From NCBI GenBank assembly GCA_049318425.1, contig JBMOGJ010000005.1, positions 6,326 to 70,325 of the forward strand: DNA of 64,000 nucleotides, written 5' to 3'. A program made the translations under genes and the position numbers. The DNA comes from Phycisphaerales bacterium (GTDB lineage Bacteria > Planctomycetota > Phycisphaerae > Phycisphaerales > SM1A02). The notes under the pieces were generated by a model that was not told the DNA's origin, made no database searches, and saw only the letters and a program-made list of their open reading frames with translations. Positions 1 to 9,647 of this stretch are shown one piece after another (the stretch's first letter is position 1; every line of letters begins with the position of its first letter).

Positions 1-96
1 TGGACGCGGGCAGGCGCGGTCGCGCTGCTCGCGTCAGCCTTGGTCGGTCTCGCGTTGCTGCTCAGCGGCGCGCGGCGCCTCACGGCGTCGTCATCG

Positions 97-444
97 TCAT
101 CGCGCGACGCGCAGCGTCGACACCGCGAATCCGCGCGTCATCACGATCCCGCGTGACGGCGGGAACTTCGCGGCGCCCTCGGCGCGCAGCGGCACGGCGG
201 GGCCGGCCGCGTATGCCTCGAACGCCGCACGCGACGCGAAGTGGTACCGCGTCTCGACCTCGGCGATCGCGCCCGCGGGCGCGTCCGCGGGCAGGTCGAG
301 CTCGACGAGTTCGGCATCGAGCGCGCCGGCCCGCACCACGTCGGCAAGATGTCCGTCGCGCAGCCACGCGATGAACTCCCCGCGCACCGCGGCGTCGGTA
401 AACGTTGACCGCACCGAGTAGAGGAACTGGGGCTCACCCGCCAT
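97..444 (-). CDS. DUF4286-like small protein (115 aa)
   Basis: ORF 97..477 trimmed to the Met at 444 (MAGEPQFLYSV...). The pattern Y-x-V...EF-x-x-W...H...V, then F-x-x-Y...AP-x-LRA...KF, matches my recollection of DUF4286. The start overlaps the dsbD-like stop by 11 nt. Confidence 0.5.
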   Translation of the reverse strand: MAGEPQFLYSVRSTFTDAAVRGEFIAWLRDGHLADVVRAGALDAELVELDLPADAPAGAIAEVETRYHFASRAAFEAYAAGPAVPLRAEGAAKFPPSRGIVMTRGFAVSTLRVAR

Positions 445-2482
445 TCGATGTTCCATTCGCGGAGGATCCCTTCGCACGGGCCTCGTTGATCGCGTCCACC
501 ACCTGCTGCACCGTGTACTCGGTCGCGTTCAGCACGAGCGATCCGTCGCGGCCATAGACAAGCAGAAGCGGGATGGTCACGCGGTTCGACGCCTTGAGCA
601 GCGCGTTGCCGTCGGCGTTGTTGCCGGTGAGGTCGACCTTGATCGGCTCGACGTCGTCGGCGTTGAGCTCGCGCGACACCGTCGGGGTGTTCAGGACGAG
701 CGCCTCGAAGGTCTTGCAGTTCGCGCACCACTCGGCGGTGAAGTCGACCACGACGACCTTGCCGGACTTCTGCGCGTCGGCGAGCCGCTGCGGCGTGTAG
801 TAGGTCCAGTCGATCGGCCCCTTCGCGGTCTGCGACAGGCCGATCAGCACGCTCACCGCGAGGATGAACGCGCCGAGACCGCCGAACACCACGCGATTGC
901 CCGCCTTCCGTGTGAGCTGCACCGTCCGCACGAGCAGCCAGCCGCCCGCGATGGTGCCCATCGCCGAGACCACCCACCAGTACGCGTGGCTCGGCGGCTC
1001 GGGCGGCGTCACGAGAAGCCCCGACACGCCCGCGCCGACGAAGTACGCGGCCGCGGCGAGCAGGAGCATGCCCATGACCTGCTTGATGAGATCGCTCGCC
1101 GGGCCGGTGCGCGGCATCCGGTCGATGAGCGACGGATTCGCCGACAGCGCGAGGTACGGCAGCGCCATGCCGGTGCCGACCGCCGCGAATACCGTGAGGA
1201 TCGTGCCCGGGCCCTGCGTGGTCGCCCACGCCACCGCGGTGCCCATGAGCGGCGCGGTGCACGGCGTCGAGAGCACCGCGGTCATCACGCCGAACAGGAA
1301 CGACCCGGTGTACGAGTCGTGCTTCGCCTCCACCATGTACACCCAGTCCGGCAGCTTCATGGAGAAGAAGCCGGCCATGCCGACCGCCATCACCGCGATC
1401 ACGACACCGACCGCGATGGTGAACTCCGGCTTCTGGAACAGCTGGTTGGTGGTCTCGAACCCCTTGATGGTCGCGATCGCGGTGCCGAGCGCCATCCAGA
1501 ACGCGACCACGCCGAGCGACATCACGAAGCCGAGTGCGAAGCACTTGGCGCGGCTGCCCTGGGCGGCCTGCGAGAGCCCCATGATCTTGAGCGGAATGAC
1601 CGGCAGCACGCACGGCGTGAAGTTCAGCAGCATGCCGCCTGCGGCCGCGATCGCGAGCAGCAGCAGGAATCCCGCGCCGTTCGGATCGATCGAGAACTTC
1701 AGCGTGAACAGGTTGAACTCGAGGAGCTCGCTCGGCCGCTCGCCGGAGCGGATCTTCGCGTAGACGCCGGGGTCGAAGTCCCTGAACGCCTCGTTGGGAG
1801 CGGTCTCGCCCGCCGACGCGGACACGACCTCGATCACCGCCTTGAGCTCGACCGTGGCGGGCGCGCTGCAGCCGGTGTCGTTGCAGGCCTGGAAATCGAG
1901 CGTGATCGGGATCTCGATCACGCCGGGCTTCGCGTCCTTCGCGATCGCGAAGGGGATGTAGACCGCGAAGTCGCCTTCGTAGACGGCGTACTTGCTGCGG
2001 CCCTCGCCCAGATCGGCCTCGACCGCGTGCGGCGCGGGCCACTGCATGAAGGCCGCGTTGAGCTCGAGGCCCGCGATGGGGGCGGTCTTCCCGTCGGCGC
2101 CGGGGTTGACCGCGACCTCGGTGCGGATGGCGCCGCTGAATTCCGCGAACTCGGGGCCGTCGGAACCGGGCTTGGTCCAGATGTGGTAGCCGCGCGCGAG
2201 CTTGAAGGTCACCGCGACCGGGACATCCGAGCCAGCCGTCGCCTTGGGCTGCGAGACCACGACGGCCGTGTCGACCTGGTCGCGCGAGTCGCCGAACACG
2301 GGCGGCGGGGGAGCCTTGGCGGGACCGCCGAAGCCCGGCACGCCGGGGATGCGCGGGGGAGCCTGCGGCAGCGGTGCCGCCACGGCCGGTGCGGCGTCGA
2401 GTGTGGCGAACGCGGCAAGCGCTGCGAAGATGATCCAGAGCGGAAAGACCGCGACGCGGCCGAGGGTTCTCATGGCGCGCAT
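434..2482 (-). CDS. dsbD: Thiol:disulfide interchange protein, DsbD/ScsB-like (N-terminal DsbD-alpha-like domain, CcdA-type membrane core, C-terminal thioredoxin)
   Basis: Signal peptide MRTLGRVAVFPLWIIFAALAAF. N-domain motif QACNDTGCSAP. Membrane-core motifs FTPCVLPVIPL and STPCTAPLMG. Thioredoxin motif WCANC near the C-terminus. The start is 2482 or 2473. Confidence 0.85.
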   Translation of the reverse strand: MRAMRTLGRVAVFPLWIIFAALAAFATLDAAPAVAAPLPQAPPRIPGVPGFGGPAKAPPPPVFGDSRDQVDTAVVVSQPKATAGSDVPVAVTFKLARGYHIWTKPGSDGPEFAEFSGAIRTEVAVNPGADGKTAPIAGLELNAAFMQWPAPHAVEADLGEGRSKYAVYEGDFAVYIPFAIAKDAKPGVIEIPITLDFQACNDTGCSAPATVELKAVIEVVSASAGETAPNEAFRDFDPGVYAKIRSGERPSELLEFNLFTLKFSIDPNGAGFLLLLAIAAAGGMLLNFTPCVLPVIPLKIMGLSQAAQGSRAKCFALGFVMSLGVVAFWMALGTAIATIKGFETTNQLFQKPEFTIAVGVVIAVMAVGMAGFFSMKLPDWVYMVEAKHDSYTGSFLFGVMTAVLSTPCTAPLMGTAVAWATTQGPGTILTVFAAVGTGMALPYLALSANPSLIDRMPRTGPASDLIKQVMGMLLLAAAAYFVGAGVSGLLVTPPEPPSHAYWWVVSAMGTIAGGWLLVRTVQLTRKAGNRVVFGGLGAFILAVSVLIGLSQTAKGPIDWTYYTPQRLADAQKSGKVVVVDFTAEWCANCKTFEALVLNTPTVSRELNADDVEPIKVDLTGNNADGNALLKASNRVTIPLLLVYGRDGSLVLNATEYTVQQVVDAINEARAKGSSANGTSNGG

Positions 2483-2707
2483 CCTACGGCCGCTCGGCGG
2501 GCAGGTTGCCAACCTGGATGGCCGCCGACGAACCTTCAAGCGTGGTCGGCGCCGAGGCCGATGACAGGCGCCTGCAGCGTCGATCGATCCGGGGCAACCC
2601 GGCCCGATACCTGAGCCAGTTCGCCCGGCGGAGCCGCGGCACCCGGTTCAGAGGCTGGCGGTTCAGAAACTCCACCCGCGCGCGTCCGGCGGGGCAGTCA
2701 GTGGGAC

Positions 2708-3754
2708 ATGCTGATGGGCACCGAAGTACTCAACCAGTCGGACATCGATGCACTGCTCAACGCGGCGAGCGCTCCCACGCCCGTCGCCGAGGCGCCCCCG
2801 ACCCAGATCTTCTCGCGCTCCCGGCGCGACCGCGACAAGATCGAGATCGAGAAGTACGACTTCAAGCGTCCGGAACGCATCTCGAAGGACCAGATGCGCG
2901 CCCTGCAGATGCTCCACGAGACCTTCGCCCGCAACTTCGGCGCGTCGCTCTCCGGGCATCTCCGCACCATCGTCGAGGTCACGATCCGCGACGCCTCGCA
3001 GAAGACCTACTCCGAGTTCGTCGCCGAGAGCGAGAACCCGACGAGCTTCAACCTGATCCGCTGCCCGCCCCTGGAGGGCCAGATCTGCCTCGAGCTGTCG
3101 CCGCTGGTGATCTTCCCGATCATCGACCGCCTGCTCGGTGGATCGAACAAGGACCTGTTCGTGCCCCGCCGGCCGATGACGCTCATCGAGACCCGCCTGA
3201 TCCAGCGCATCCTGCACCGCGCGATGGCCGCGCTGACCGAGGCCTGGCAAGGCATCCGCAGGATCGAGTTCGCGCTCGGCGAGATGGAGTCGAACGCGCA
3301 GCTCGTCCAGATCGTGCCGCCGAACGAGGTCGTGGTGGTGGTCGAGTTCGAGGTCAAGCTGATGAACCGCGGCGGCCGCATGCGGCTGTGCATCCCCTAC
3401 AACTCGATCGAGCCGCTGGTCGAGGACCTCTCGGCCCAGAGCTGGTTCGTCTCCGGCAAGAGCTCGGCGGAATCCGGGGCGGCCGAGCGGATCGCGAGCG
3501 GCCTCTCGGGCGCGCGGGTCGAACTCGAGGCGACCCTGGCGACCACCAGCATCTCGATCTCTGAGCTCCGAGGGCTCGAGGTGGGCGACCTGATCGTGAC
3601 CCAGCGGCCGGCGTCTGCGCCTGCAGTACTCGGGGTCGAGGGGCGCCCGAAGTTCCTCGCCGAACTCGGGCAACTGAGGGGCAACCGGGCCTTGCGCGTG
3701 GTTCGTGCGGTCGCACCGACCGAGCGCATTGACCTCGGCGGTGCATCCGCCTAA
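2708..3754 (+). CDS. fliM: Flagellar motor switch protein FliM
   Basis: N-terminal VLNQSDIDALLNAAS matches the CheY-P binding peptide LSQxEIDALL. YDFKRPERISKDQMRALQMLHETFARNFGASLSGHLR is typical of the FliM middle domain. The C-terminal region is FliN/SpoA-like. Confidence 0.85.
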   Translation: MLMGTEVLNQSDIDALLNAASAPTPVAEAPPTQIFSRSRRDRDKIEIEKYDFKRPERISKDQMRALQMLHETFARNFGASLSGHLRTIVEVTIRDASQKTYSEFVAESENPTSFNLIRCPPLEGQICLELSPLVIFPIIDRLLGGSNKDLFVPRRPMTLIETRLIQRILHRAMAALTEAWQGIRRIEFALGEMESNAQLVQIVPPNEVVVVVEFEVKLMNRGGRMRLCIPYNSIEPLVEDLSAQSWFVSGKSSAESGAAERIASGLSGARVELEATLATTSISISELRGLEVGDLIVTQRPASAPAVLGVEGRPKFLAELGQLRGNRALRVVRAVAPTERIDLGGASA

Positions 3755-4434
3755 AGTCGCGGGATTCTCGTAACGCACTGGAGGAAATGTGCTTAGGCGT
3801 CCGAATTCGCGTCGGGCGGCCCGTTTGGGTCGCAGCGACCATTGACCGTGGACGCCGGGTGCGATATCTTCCAAGGCTCGTCAGACGCGTCCGTTGCGTC
3901 TGGTGTGTTTGTTTCCCGGTCTGCGACCGAGCGGTTTGTCCAATGCTTCAGATCCCTGGTGTTTCATACCCCCGTGATCCTTCGAGCTGCCGGACCGTTC
4001 GGGTCGGATACCTGCGATGAGGCCGTTCAGGTCTCATCTCCGGTCCGTCCCGAACGTGGCGCACGGTGCGGCGCACGGTGTGGCGCATGGCATGTTGCAT
4101 GTCGCGATGCACCGATGCGCGTCGATGTGCGCGTGTGGCGGAGTTTCCGCTGCATGCGCGTCCTCGGCGTGCGCATCGGTGTGCCGACAGGCGCGTACTT
4201 CCTGCGTTCCCGCCCCGTGTGATGGCTGGAGGCGCCTCTGATCCCACCGGATCGCGCTGGAGGCGCGCCAGCTTCGTTCGCCGACCGGCCACGGACTCGC
4301 TCCGTGGTCGTTTCGTTTTCCCCTCCGCGGCATGCCGCCGCGGACACATCTCAACGCCGCGCACCCCGTGGCGACATCCAATCCAGGGCGACATCGGGCG
4401 ACATCCCGCGCGCCCGCCTGCCAGAGGTCCTTCC

Positions 4435-5808
4435 ATGAATTCCGAAACGCTCCGCATCCTCGACTCCATCGCCCGCGACCGCAACGTCGACCGGGAGCAT
4501 CTCATTCGAGACCTCGAGATGGCGATGATCAGCGCGGCCCGCAAGCACTTCGACTCCCTTGACAACGAGGAGTTCGGCTGCGAGATGGACCGCCTCAGCG
4601 GCAAGATCAGCATCTGGCGCAACCTCACCGACGACGAGGGCAACCCGACCGGCCGCGAGGTGATCCCGATCGAGAGCCTCGGTCGCATCCCGGCGCAGAC
4701 CGCGAAGCAGGTGATGATCCAGAAGTTCCGCGAGGACGAGCGCAACTCGCTCATGGAGGAGTTCGCGAAGCGCCAAGGCGAGATCGTCACCGGAACCATC
4801 GTGCGCCAGGAAGGCCCCGCGCTCATCGTGCAGGTCGACCGCGCCGAGGCGTTCATGCCGAAGTCGGAGCAGATCCCGGGCGAGATGTTCAAGCCGGGCG
4901 ACCGCATCCGCTGCCTCGTGCTCGACGTCCGCGACGCGGGCGCGCAGGTGAAGATCATCCTCTCCCGCGCCAATCCCGACTTCATCCGCCGCCTCTTCGA
5001 GGCCGAGGTCCCCGAGGTCGCCGAGCGCGTCATCGAGATCAAGGCGCTCGCCCGCGAGCCCGGACAGCGCTGCAAGGTCGCGGTCGCCTCGGTCGACTCC
5101 AAGGTCGACGCGAAGGGCGCCTGCATCGGCGTCCGCGGCAGCCGCATCCGCAACATCGTCGACGAGGTCAACGGCGAGAAGATCGACATCGTGCTCTGGA
5201 ACGAGTCGAGCCAGGTGCTCATCTCGAACGCGGTCCGTCCGGCCGCGGTCGACGAGGTCAGCCTCTGCTTCGAGCTCGGCCGCGCGACCATCATCGTCCG
5301 CGAGGACCAGCTCTCGCTCGCCATCGGCAAGCGCGGCCAGAACGTGCGCCTCGCGGCGCGCCTGACCGGCTGGGACATCGACATCCTCACCCCGGTGGAG
5401 TTCGCGAAGGGTCTCGAGATCCTCGGCGAGACGCTCCGTCCGATCGAGGGCGTGACCGACGAGATGCTCGACAAGATCGGCGCGCTGGGCATGATCAGCG
5501 TGTTCGACATCGAGGAGATCGGGCCGCAGATCCTCGTCGAGGAGCTCGGCATCACCGACGAGCTCGCCGAGACGATGGTCGTCGCGTCGGGCAACCGTGC
5601 CCGCGAGGTCGAGATCGAGCGCGAGCGCGAGGCGGCCGAAGCCGCCGCGCGCGCCGCGGAGGACGCCGCTGCGACCGACGCCATTCTTGGCGGCGGCGGT
5701 GGTGGCGAGGCGGCGGGCGCTGCGCCCGACGCCGATGCCGAGAGCGCCGCGGATTCGATCCTCGGCCTCGGCAGCAGTTTCGGCCGTTCCGCCCGTGCGG
5801 ACGGCTGA
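4435..5808 (+). CDS. nusA: Transcription termination/antitermination factor NusA
   Basis: MNSETLRILDSIARDRNVDREHLIRDLE N-terminus, an S1 domain (GEIVTGTIVRQEGPALIVQVDRAEAFMP), KH domains, and an acidic/Gly-rich tail. ORF 4066..5808 is trimmed to the ATG at 4435. Confidence 0.93.
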   Translation: MNSETLRILDSIARDRNVDREHLIRDLEMAMISAARKHFDSLDNEEFGCEMDRLSGKISIWRNLTDDEGNPTGREVIPIESLGRIPAQTAKQVMIQKFREDERNSLMEEFAKRQGEIVTGTIVRQEGPALIVQVDRAEAFMPKSEQIPGEMFKPGDRIRCLVLDVRDAGAQVKIILSRANPDFIRRLFEAEVPEVAERVIEIKALAREPGQRCKVAVASVDSKVDAKGACIGVRGSRIRNIVDEVNGEKIDIVLWNESSQVLISNAVRPAAVDEVSLCFELGRATIIVREDQLSLAIGKRGQNVRLAARLTGWDIDILTPVEFAKGLEILGETLRPIEGVTDEMLDKIGALGMISVFDIEEIGPQILVEELGITDELAETMVVASGNRAREVEIEREREAAEAAARAAEDAAATDAILGGGGGGEAAGAAPDADAESAADSILGLGSSFGRSARADG

Positions 5809-5882
5809 TCGTGGAGACGGTGGAGAAGATCGCTGCCGCTGCGATGGTCGTAGGCGGAGCGTGAGTTGATCAGGAGGAACGC

Positions 5883-8800
5883 TTGTCGAAGAAACCCGCG
5901 TCGCTGAAGGTTCACCAGCTTGCCAAGGAACTCGGAGTGAGTTCCAAGGACATCGTTGCTCGATGCCAGGCCGAGGAAATCCCTGACATCGTGAACCATC
6001 TCTCGCCCGTATCCGTCGGCCTCGCGCTGACGGTGCGCGAGTGGTTCGCCGGCGCCGCACAGTCGGACGCCGCGACCGCGACCGCCACGATCGAGGCGCC
6101 GGCGGACACCGACGCCGGGATCGATGCCGGGACCGACGCGTCGAAGCCTTCGAAGGCATCGAAGTCGTCCGCTGCAGGCAAGGTCTCTCCGACCGAGAAG
6201 GCCTCCGCCGCGTCGACCGACGCCGCGGACGACGGCGCACCGCGCGCCGTTGCCAAGCGTGCGACCAAGAAGGTCGCAGCACCGGTCGAGGAACCCGTGA
6301 AGCCTGCGGCGCCCGCCGTGTCGGCCGGCTCGAGCGAGTCGGCGGCCACCAGCGCGGCCAGCGCTCCTGCGGCGAGCGACACCAAGCCCACTGCGGCCAA
6401 GTCCATCCCGACCAGCACCAGCGAGGCCCAGGTCGCGCCCGTCGCCAAGCCCATCGCGGGCACGAGCGCGAGCGGCACCACCGCTGGTACCACCGCTGGC
6501 ACCGCCCCGGCCGTGTCCTCGGCGACCGCCGCCCCGGCAAAGGTCGCCGCTGAGTCCGTCGCCGCGACCGAGGGTGTGGCGAAGGTCTCCGCCACTCCCG
6601 CCGCGGTCGTCGGCGCCGCTCCCGCGAAGGACGCAACCGCTGCCGCCCCCGCGTCGGCCGCATCGGCTCCGGCGCCTTCCGCGCCGGCCGTTCCAGCCAA
6701 GCCCGCCGCTCCGCGCATCATCGCCGGACTGTCCACCCGCCTCGCGCCCCGCATGGACGCGCCGAAGTCGGGCGACGGTGGTTCCGCAACCGCTCCGCGC
6801 ACCGGCGCACCGACGTCACAGCCGACGGAGCCGCCCGCGGCCCGTCGCGTGATCACCGCGCCGCCGCCGCCGCCGGCGTCGATGACCAAGATCCCCGAGT
6901 CGTCGCCGATCATGAACGTGCCGACGCGTCCGAGCATCGTGGGTCCCGTCGGACCGCAGATCGGTTCGCGCGAGAAGACGAAGCTGTCCGGACCGCAGGT
7001 CATCCGCGTCGAGCAGGCCGACAACCTCCCGACCCCGCCGCCGATGCGCCGCACCGGTCCCGGCGTCGGTGGACCCGGCACGATCGGCCCCGGTGGCCGC
7101 ACGGGTCGCCCTGGCATGGGCACCGGCGGCGCAGGTCGCCCCGAAGTGCGTGGCCGCGGAGGCATCGGTGCCTCGCGCACCGGCCGCGCAGGCGAGGCGG
7201 CGCGCACTGGTTTCGGCGCGCAGGACCTGCGTGACCGTCAGGCGCGCATCGACGGTTCGAGCGGCTTCATGCGCTCGCATCGCCCAGGCACCGGCCGTGG
7301 TCCGGGCGGCGCGCTTCCGGGACAGCCCGGCAGCCAGCGCCCCGAGCGCAAGCCCGGCGAGATCCAGCAGATCCACGTGGCGGAGCCGCTCACCATCAAG
7401 GAGCTCTCGGCCGCGACGGGCATCAAGGCCGTCGACATCATCAAGAAGCTCTTCCTCGGCGGAACGATGGCGAACATCAACAGCGCCATCGACCGCGAGA
7501 AGGCCATCGAGATGATGATGGAGTTCGACATCGACCTCGTCGTCGACGAGGCGAAGTCGGCCGCCGACATCATCGAGGAGCGCTTCAAGGACCGCGAGAA
7601 GCTCGACGAGCGTCGCCGCGCGCCGATCGTCACCATCCTCGGCCACGTCGACCACGGCAAGACCAGCCTGCTCGACCGGATCCGCAGCACCAACATCGCC
7701 GCGGGCGAGGCCGGCGGCATCACCCAGTCGACGCGCGCGTTCACCGTGCCCGTCAAGGCCGGCGACGTCGACCGCGTGGTCACCTTCATCGACACCCCGG
7801 GTCACGAGGCGTTCACCAACATGCGCGCCCGCGGCGCCAAGGTGACCGACATCGTGGTGCTCGTCGTGTCGGCCGTCGACGGCGTCATGCCGCAGACGAT
7901 CGAGTCGATCAACCACGCGAAGGCGGCGGGCGTGCCCATCGTCGTCGCGATGAACAAGATCGACCGTCCCGACGCGACCGAGGCGACCATCCGCCGCACG
8001 CTCGGCCAGCTCGCCGAGCACGAGCTCAACCCGGTCGAGTGGGGCGGCACCACCGAAGTCATCAAGACCAGCGCCACCCGTGGCGACGGCATCCAGGAGC
8101 TCCTCGAGATCCTCGACTACCAGGCCGAGCTGCTCGAGCTCAAGGCCGACTTCAAGGGCAACGCGCGCGGCACCGTGCTCGAGGCCTCGGTCGAGGAGGG
8201 ACGCGGCCCCGTGGCGCGCGTGCTCATCCAGGAAGGCAGCCTGAAGAAGGGCGACTTCATCGTGATCGGCCGCGGCTACGGCCGCGTGCGCGACATCGTG
8301 AACGACCGCGGAGAGCGCATCACCGAGGCGCTCCCGTCGACGCCGGTGGCGATCTCCGGCATCGATGAGCTGCCCGACGCGGGCGACAAGGCCTTCGTCG
8401 TCGGCACGCTGCGCGCCGCCGAGGAGGCCGCCGAGGAGCGTCGCCGCATCGACCGCGAGCGCGAGCTCGCCGCGCCGAAGATCACGCTCGACAACATCTT
8501 CAAGCACCTCGAGAAGCAGGGCAAGAAGGAGCTCGCGCTCGTCGTCAAGGCCGACGTGCAGGGTTCGGTCGAGGCGCTCAAGGGCATGCTCGCGAAGCTG
8601 CCCGCCGAGGAGGTCACGATCTCCGTCAAGAGCGCGTCGGCCGGCGGCATCAACGAGGGCGATGTCACCCTCGCGGCCGCGACCAACGCGATCATCGTCG
8701 GCTTCAACGTCACCTCGAGCGGCAAGGCGCGCCAGCTGGCCGAGTCGAAGGGCATCGAGATCCGCCTCTACGAGGTGATCTACGACCTGATCGACGACGT

Positions 8801-9143
8801 CATGAAGGCGGCGCAGGGCATGCTCGAGCCCGAGCTCAAGCTCGAGGTCCTCGGCCACGCCGAGGTGCGCCAGGTCTTCAAGATCTCGAAGGTCGGCGCG
8901 ATCGCCGGTTGCTACGTCACCGACGGCGTCGTCGAGCGCAACGCGCAGATCCGCGTCACGCGCAACGGCATCGTCATCGAGAAGGACCGCCGGCTCGAGC
9001 AGCTCAAGCGCTTCAAGGACGACGCGAAGGAAGTGCGTGCGGGCCAGGAGTGCGGCATGAAGATCGTCGGCTACGACGACATCAAGGCCGGCGACGTGCT
9101 CGAGTGCTACAAGACCGTCGAGGTCCGCCGCGGCGGCGCCTGA
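5883..9143 (+). CDS. infB: Translation initiation factor IF-2 with a roughly 480-aa Ala/Pro/Ser/Gly-rich N-terminal extension
   Basis: TTG start. The GTPase core has [22 protein letters not shown] and NKID motifs. The C-terminal domains are conserved through to the stop. Confidence 0.95.
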   Translation: MSKKPASLKVHQLAKELGVSSKDIVARCQAEEIPDIVNHLSPVSVGLALTVREWFAGAAQSDAATATATIEAPADTDAGIDAGTDASKPSKASKSSAAGKVSPTEKASAASTDAADDGAPRAVAKRATKKVAAPVEEPVKPAAPAVSAGSSESAATSAASAPAASDTKPTAAKSIPTSTSEAQVAPVAKPIAGTSASGTTAGTTAGTAPAVSSATAAPAKVAAESVAATEGVAKVSATPAAVVGAAPAKDATAAAPASAASAPAPSAPAVPAKPAAPRIIAGLSTRLAPRMDAPKSGDGGSATAPRTGAPTSQPTEPPAARRVITAPPPPPASMTKIPESSPIMNVPTRPSIVGPVGPQIGSREKTKLSGPQVIRVEQADNLPTPPPMRRTGPGVGGPGTIGPGGRTGRPGMGTGGAGRPEVRGRGGIGASRTGRAGEAARTGFGAQDLRDRQARIDGSSGFMRSHRPGTGRGPGGALPGQPGSQRPERKPGEIQQIHVAEPLTIKELSAATGIKAVDIIKKLFLGGTMANINSAIDREKAIEMMMEFDIDLVVDEAKSAADIIEERFKDREKLDERRRAPIVTILGHVDHGKTSLLDRIRSTNIAAGEAGGITQSTRAFTVPVKAGDVDRVVTFIDTPGHEAFTNMRARGAKVTDIVVLVVSAVDGVMPQTIESINHAKAAGVPIVVAMNKIDRPDATEATIRRTLGQLAEHELNPVEWGGTTEVIKTSATRGDGIQELLEILDYQAELLELKADFKGNARGTVLEASVEEGRGPVARVLIQEGSLKKGDFIVIGRGYGRVRDIVNDRGERITEALPSTPVAISGIDELPDAGDKAFVVGTLRAAEEAAEERRRIDRERELAAPKITLDNIFKHLEKQGKKELALVVKADVQGSVEALKGMLAKLPAEEVTISVKSASAGGINEGDVTLAAATNAIIVGFNVTSSGKARQLAESKGIEIRLYEVIYDLIDDVMKAAQGMLEPELKLEVLGHAEVRQVFKISKVGAIAGCYVTDGVVERNAQIRVTRNGIVIEKDRRLEQLKRFKDDAKEVRAGQECGMKIVGYDDIKAGDVLECYKTVEVRRGGA

Positions 9144-9161
9144 TGCGGATGGAGATGCTCG

Positions 9162-9647
9162 ATGCGAAGTGAAGGTCCATCCCCGCGTCCCAAGAAGCCG
9201 TCCCCGCGCGGCCGCGCAGGCGGTCCGCTCGGGCCGTCGGCCGCACCGTCGGACCGCCCCGCCCAGATCGGCGGGGAGATCCGCCGCGCGCTGCAGGCGG
9301 AGCTCGGGCGTGGACTCAACGACCCGCGCGTGCAGGGGATGATCTCGATCACCGAGGTCCTGATCAGCCCCGATCTCGCGGAGGCGAAGGTGCGCGTGTC
9401 GGTGCTTCCCGAGGACCGTGGTTCGCTCACCCTCTCGGGGTTGCGCGCGGCCGCGGGCTTCCTGCGCCGTCGCGTGATGGACACCACGCGCATCCACCGG
9501 GTGCCGCGCATCGAGTTCGAGCTCGACGAGCGGCTCAAGCGGCAGGCGGCGCTCGATGAGGCGCTGCGCGAGAGCCATCAGGCGGGCGCGCAGGATGCGG
9601 TCCCCGAGGGACCGAACCCCGGTACAACGGAGAGCAAGACGCGATGA
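9162..9647 (+). CDS. rbfA: Ribosome-binding factor A
   Basis: QIGGEIRRALQAEL...DPRVQGMISITEVLISPDLAEAKVRVSV...RRRVMDTTRIHRVPRIEFELD is the RbfA KH-like core. It sits directly downstream of infB. There is a Pro/Arg/Gly-rich N-terminal extension. Confidence 0.85.
   Translation: MRSEGPSPRPKKPSPRGRAGGPLGPSAAPSDRPAQIGGEIRRALQAELGRGLNDPRVQGMISITEVLISPDLAEAKVRVSVLPEDRGSLTLSGLRAAAGFLRRRVMDTTRIHRVPRIEFELDERLKRQAALDEALRESHQAGAQDAVPEGPNPGTTESKTR

Noticed and set aside
1-156. Possible 3' end of a plus-strand gene entering from the left (…AGAVALLASALVGLALLLSGARRL…, stop at 154..156), resembling a C-terminal membrane or sorting anchor.
   Set aside because: Only 51 codons are visible. It would overlap the convergent DUF4286-like gene by 60 nt, and no motif can be verified without the upstream sequence. 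It cannot be decided from this window.
141-2042. 633-aa minus-strand ORF, together with many similar long ORFs (986..2614, 2506..3564, 2663..3874, 3948..5999, 4351..6663, 6816..9578, 11131..14832, 14916..16820, 17510..19036, 17848..20343, 22579..25467, 25678..29007, 28886..32422, 32326..34362, 34604..38149, 38032..40125, 42623..45487, 45884..48802, 48357..52313, 52628..55249 upstream part, 52978..56253, 58836..62126, 59009..62008).
   Set aside because: Their translations are dominated by Arg/Ala/Gly/Pro/His runs with no recognisable motifs. They lie antisense or out of frame to genes with unambiguous conserved motifs. This is the expected shadow-ORF behaviour of very GC-rich DNA, where stop codons are rare.
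3842-4222. 126-aa ORF upstream of nusA as a candidate rimP.
   Set aside because: The translation (…GARCGARCGAWHVACRDAPMRVDVRVW…) is repeat-derived and unlike RimP. Codon usage is not GC3-biased.
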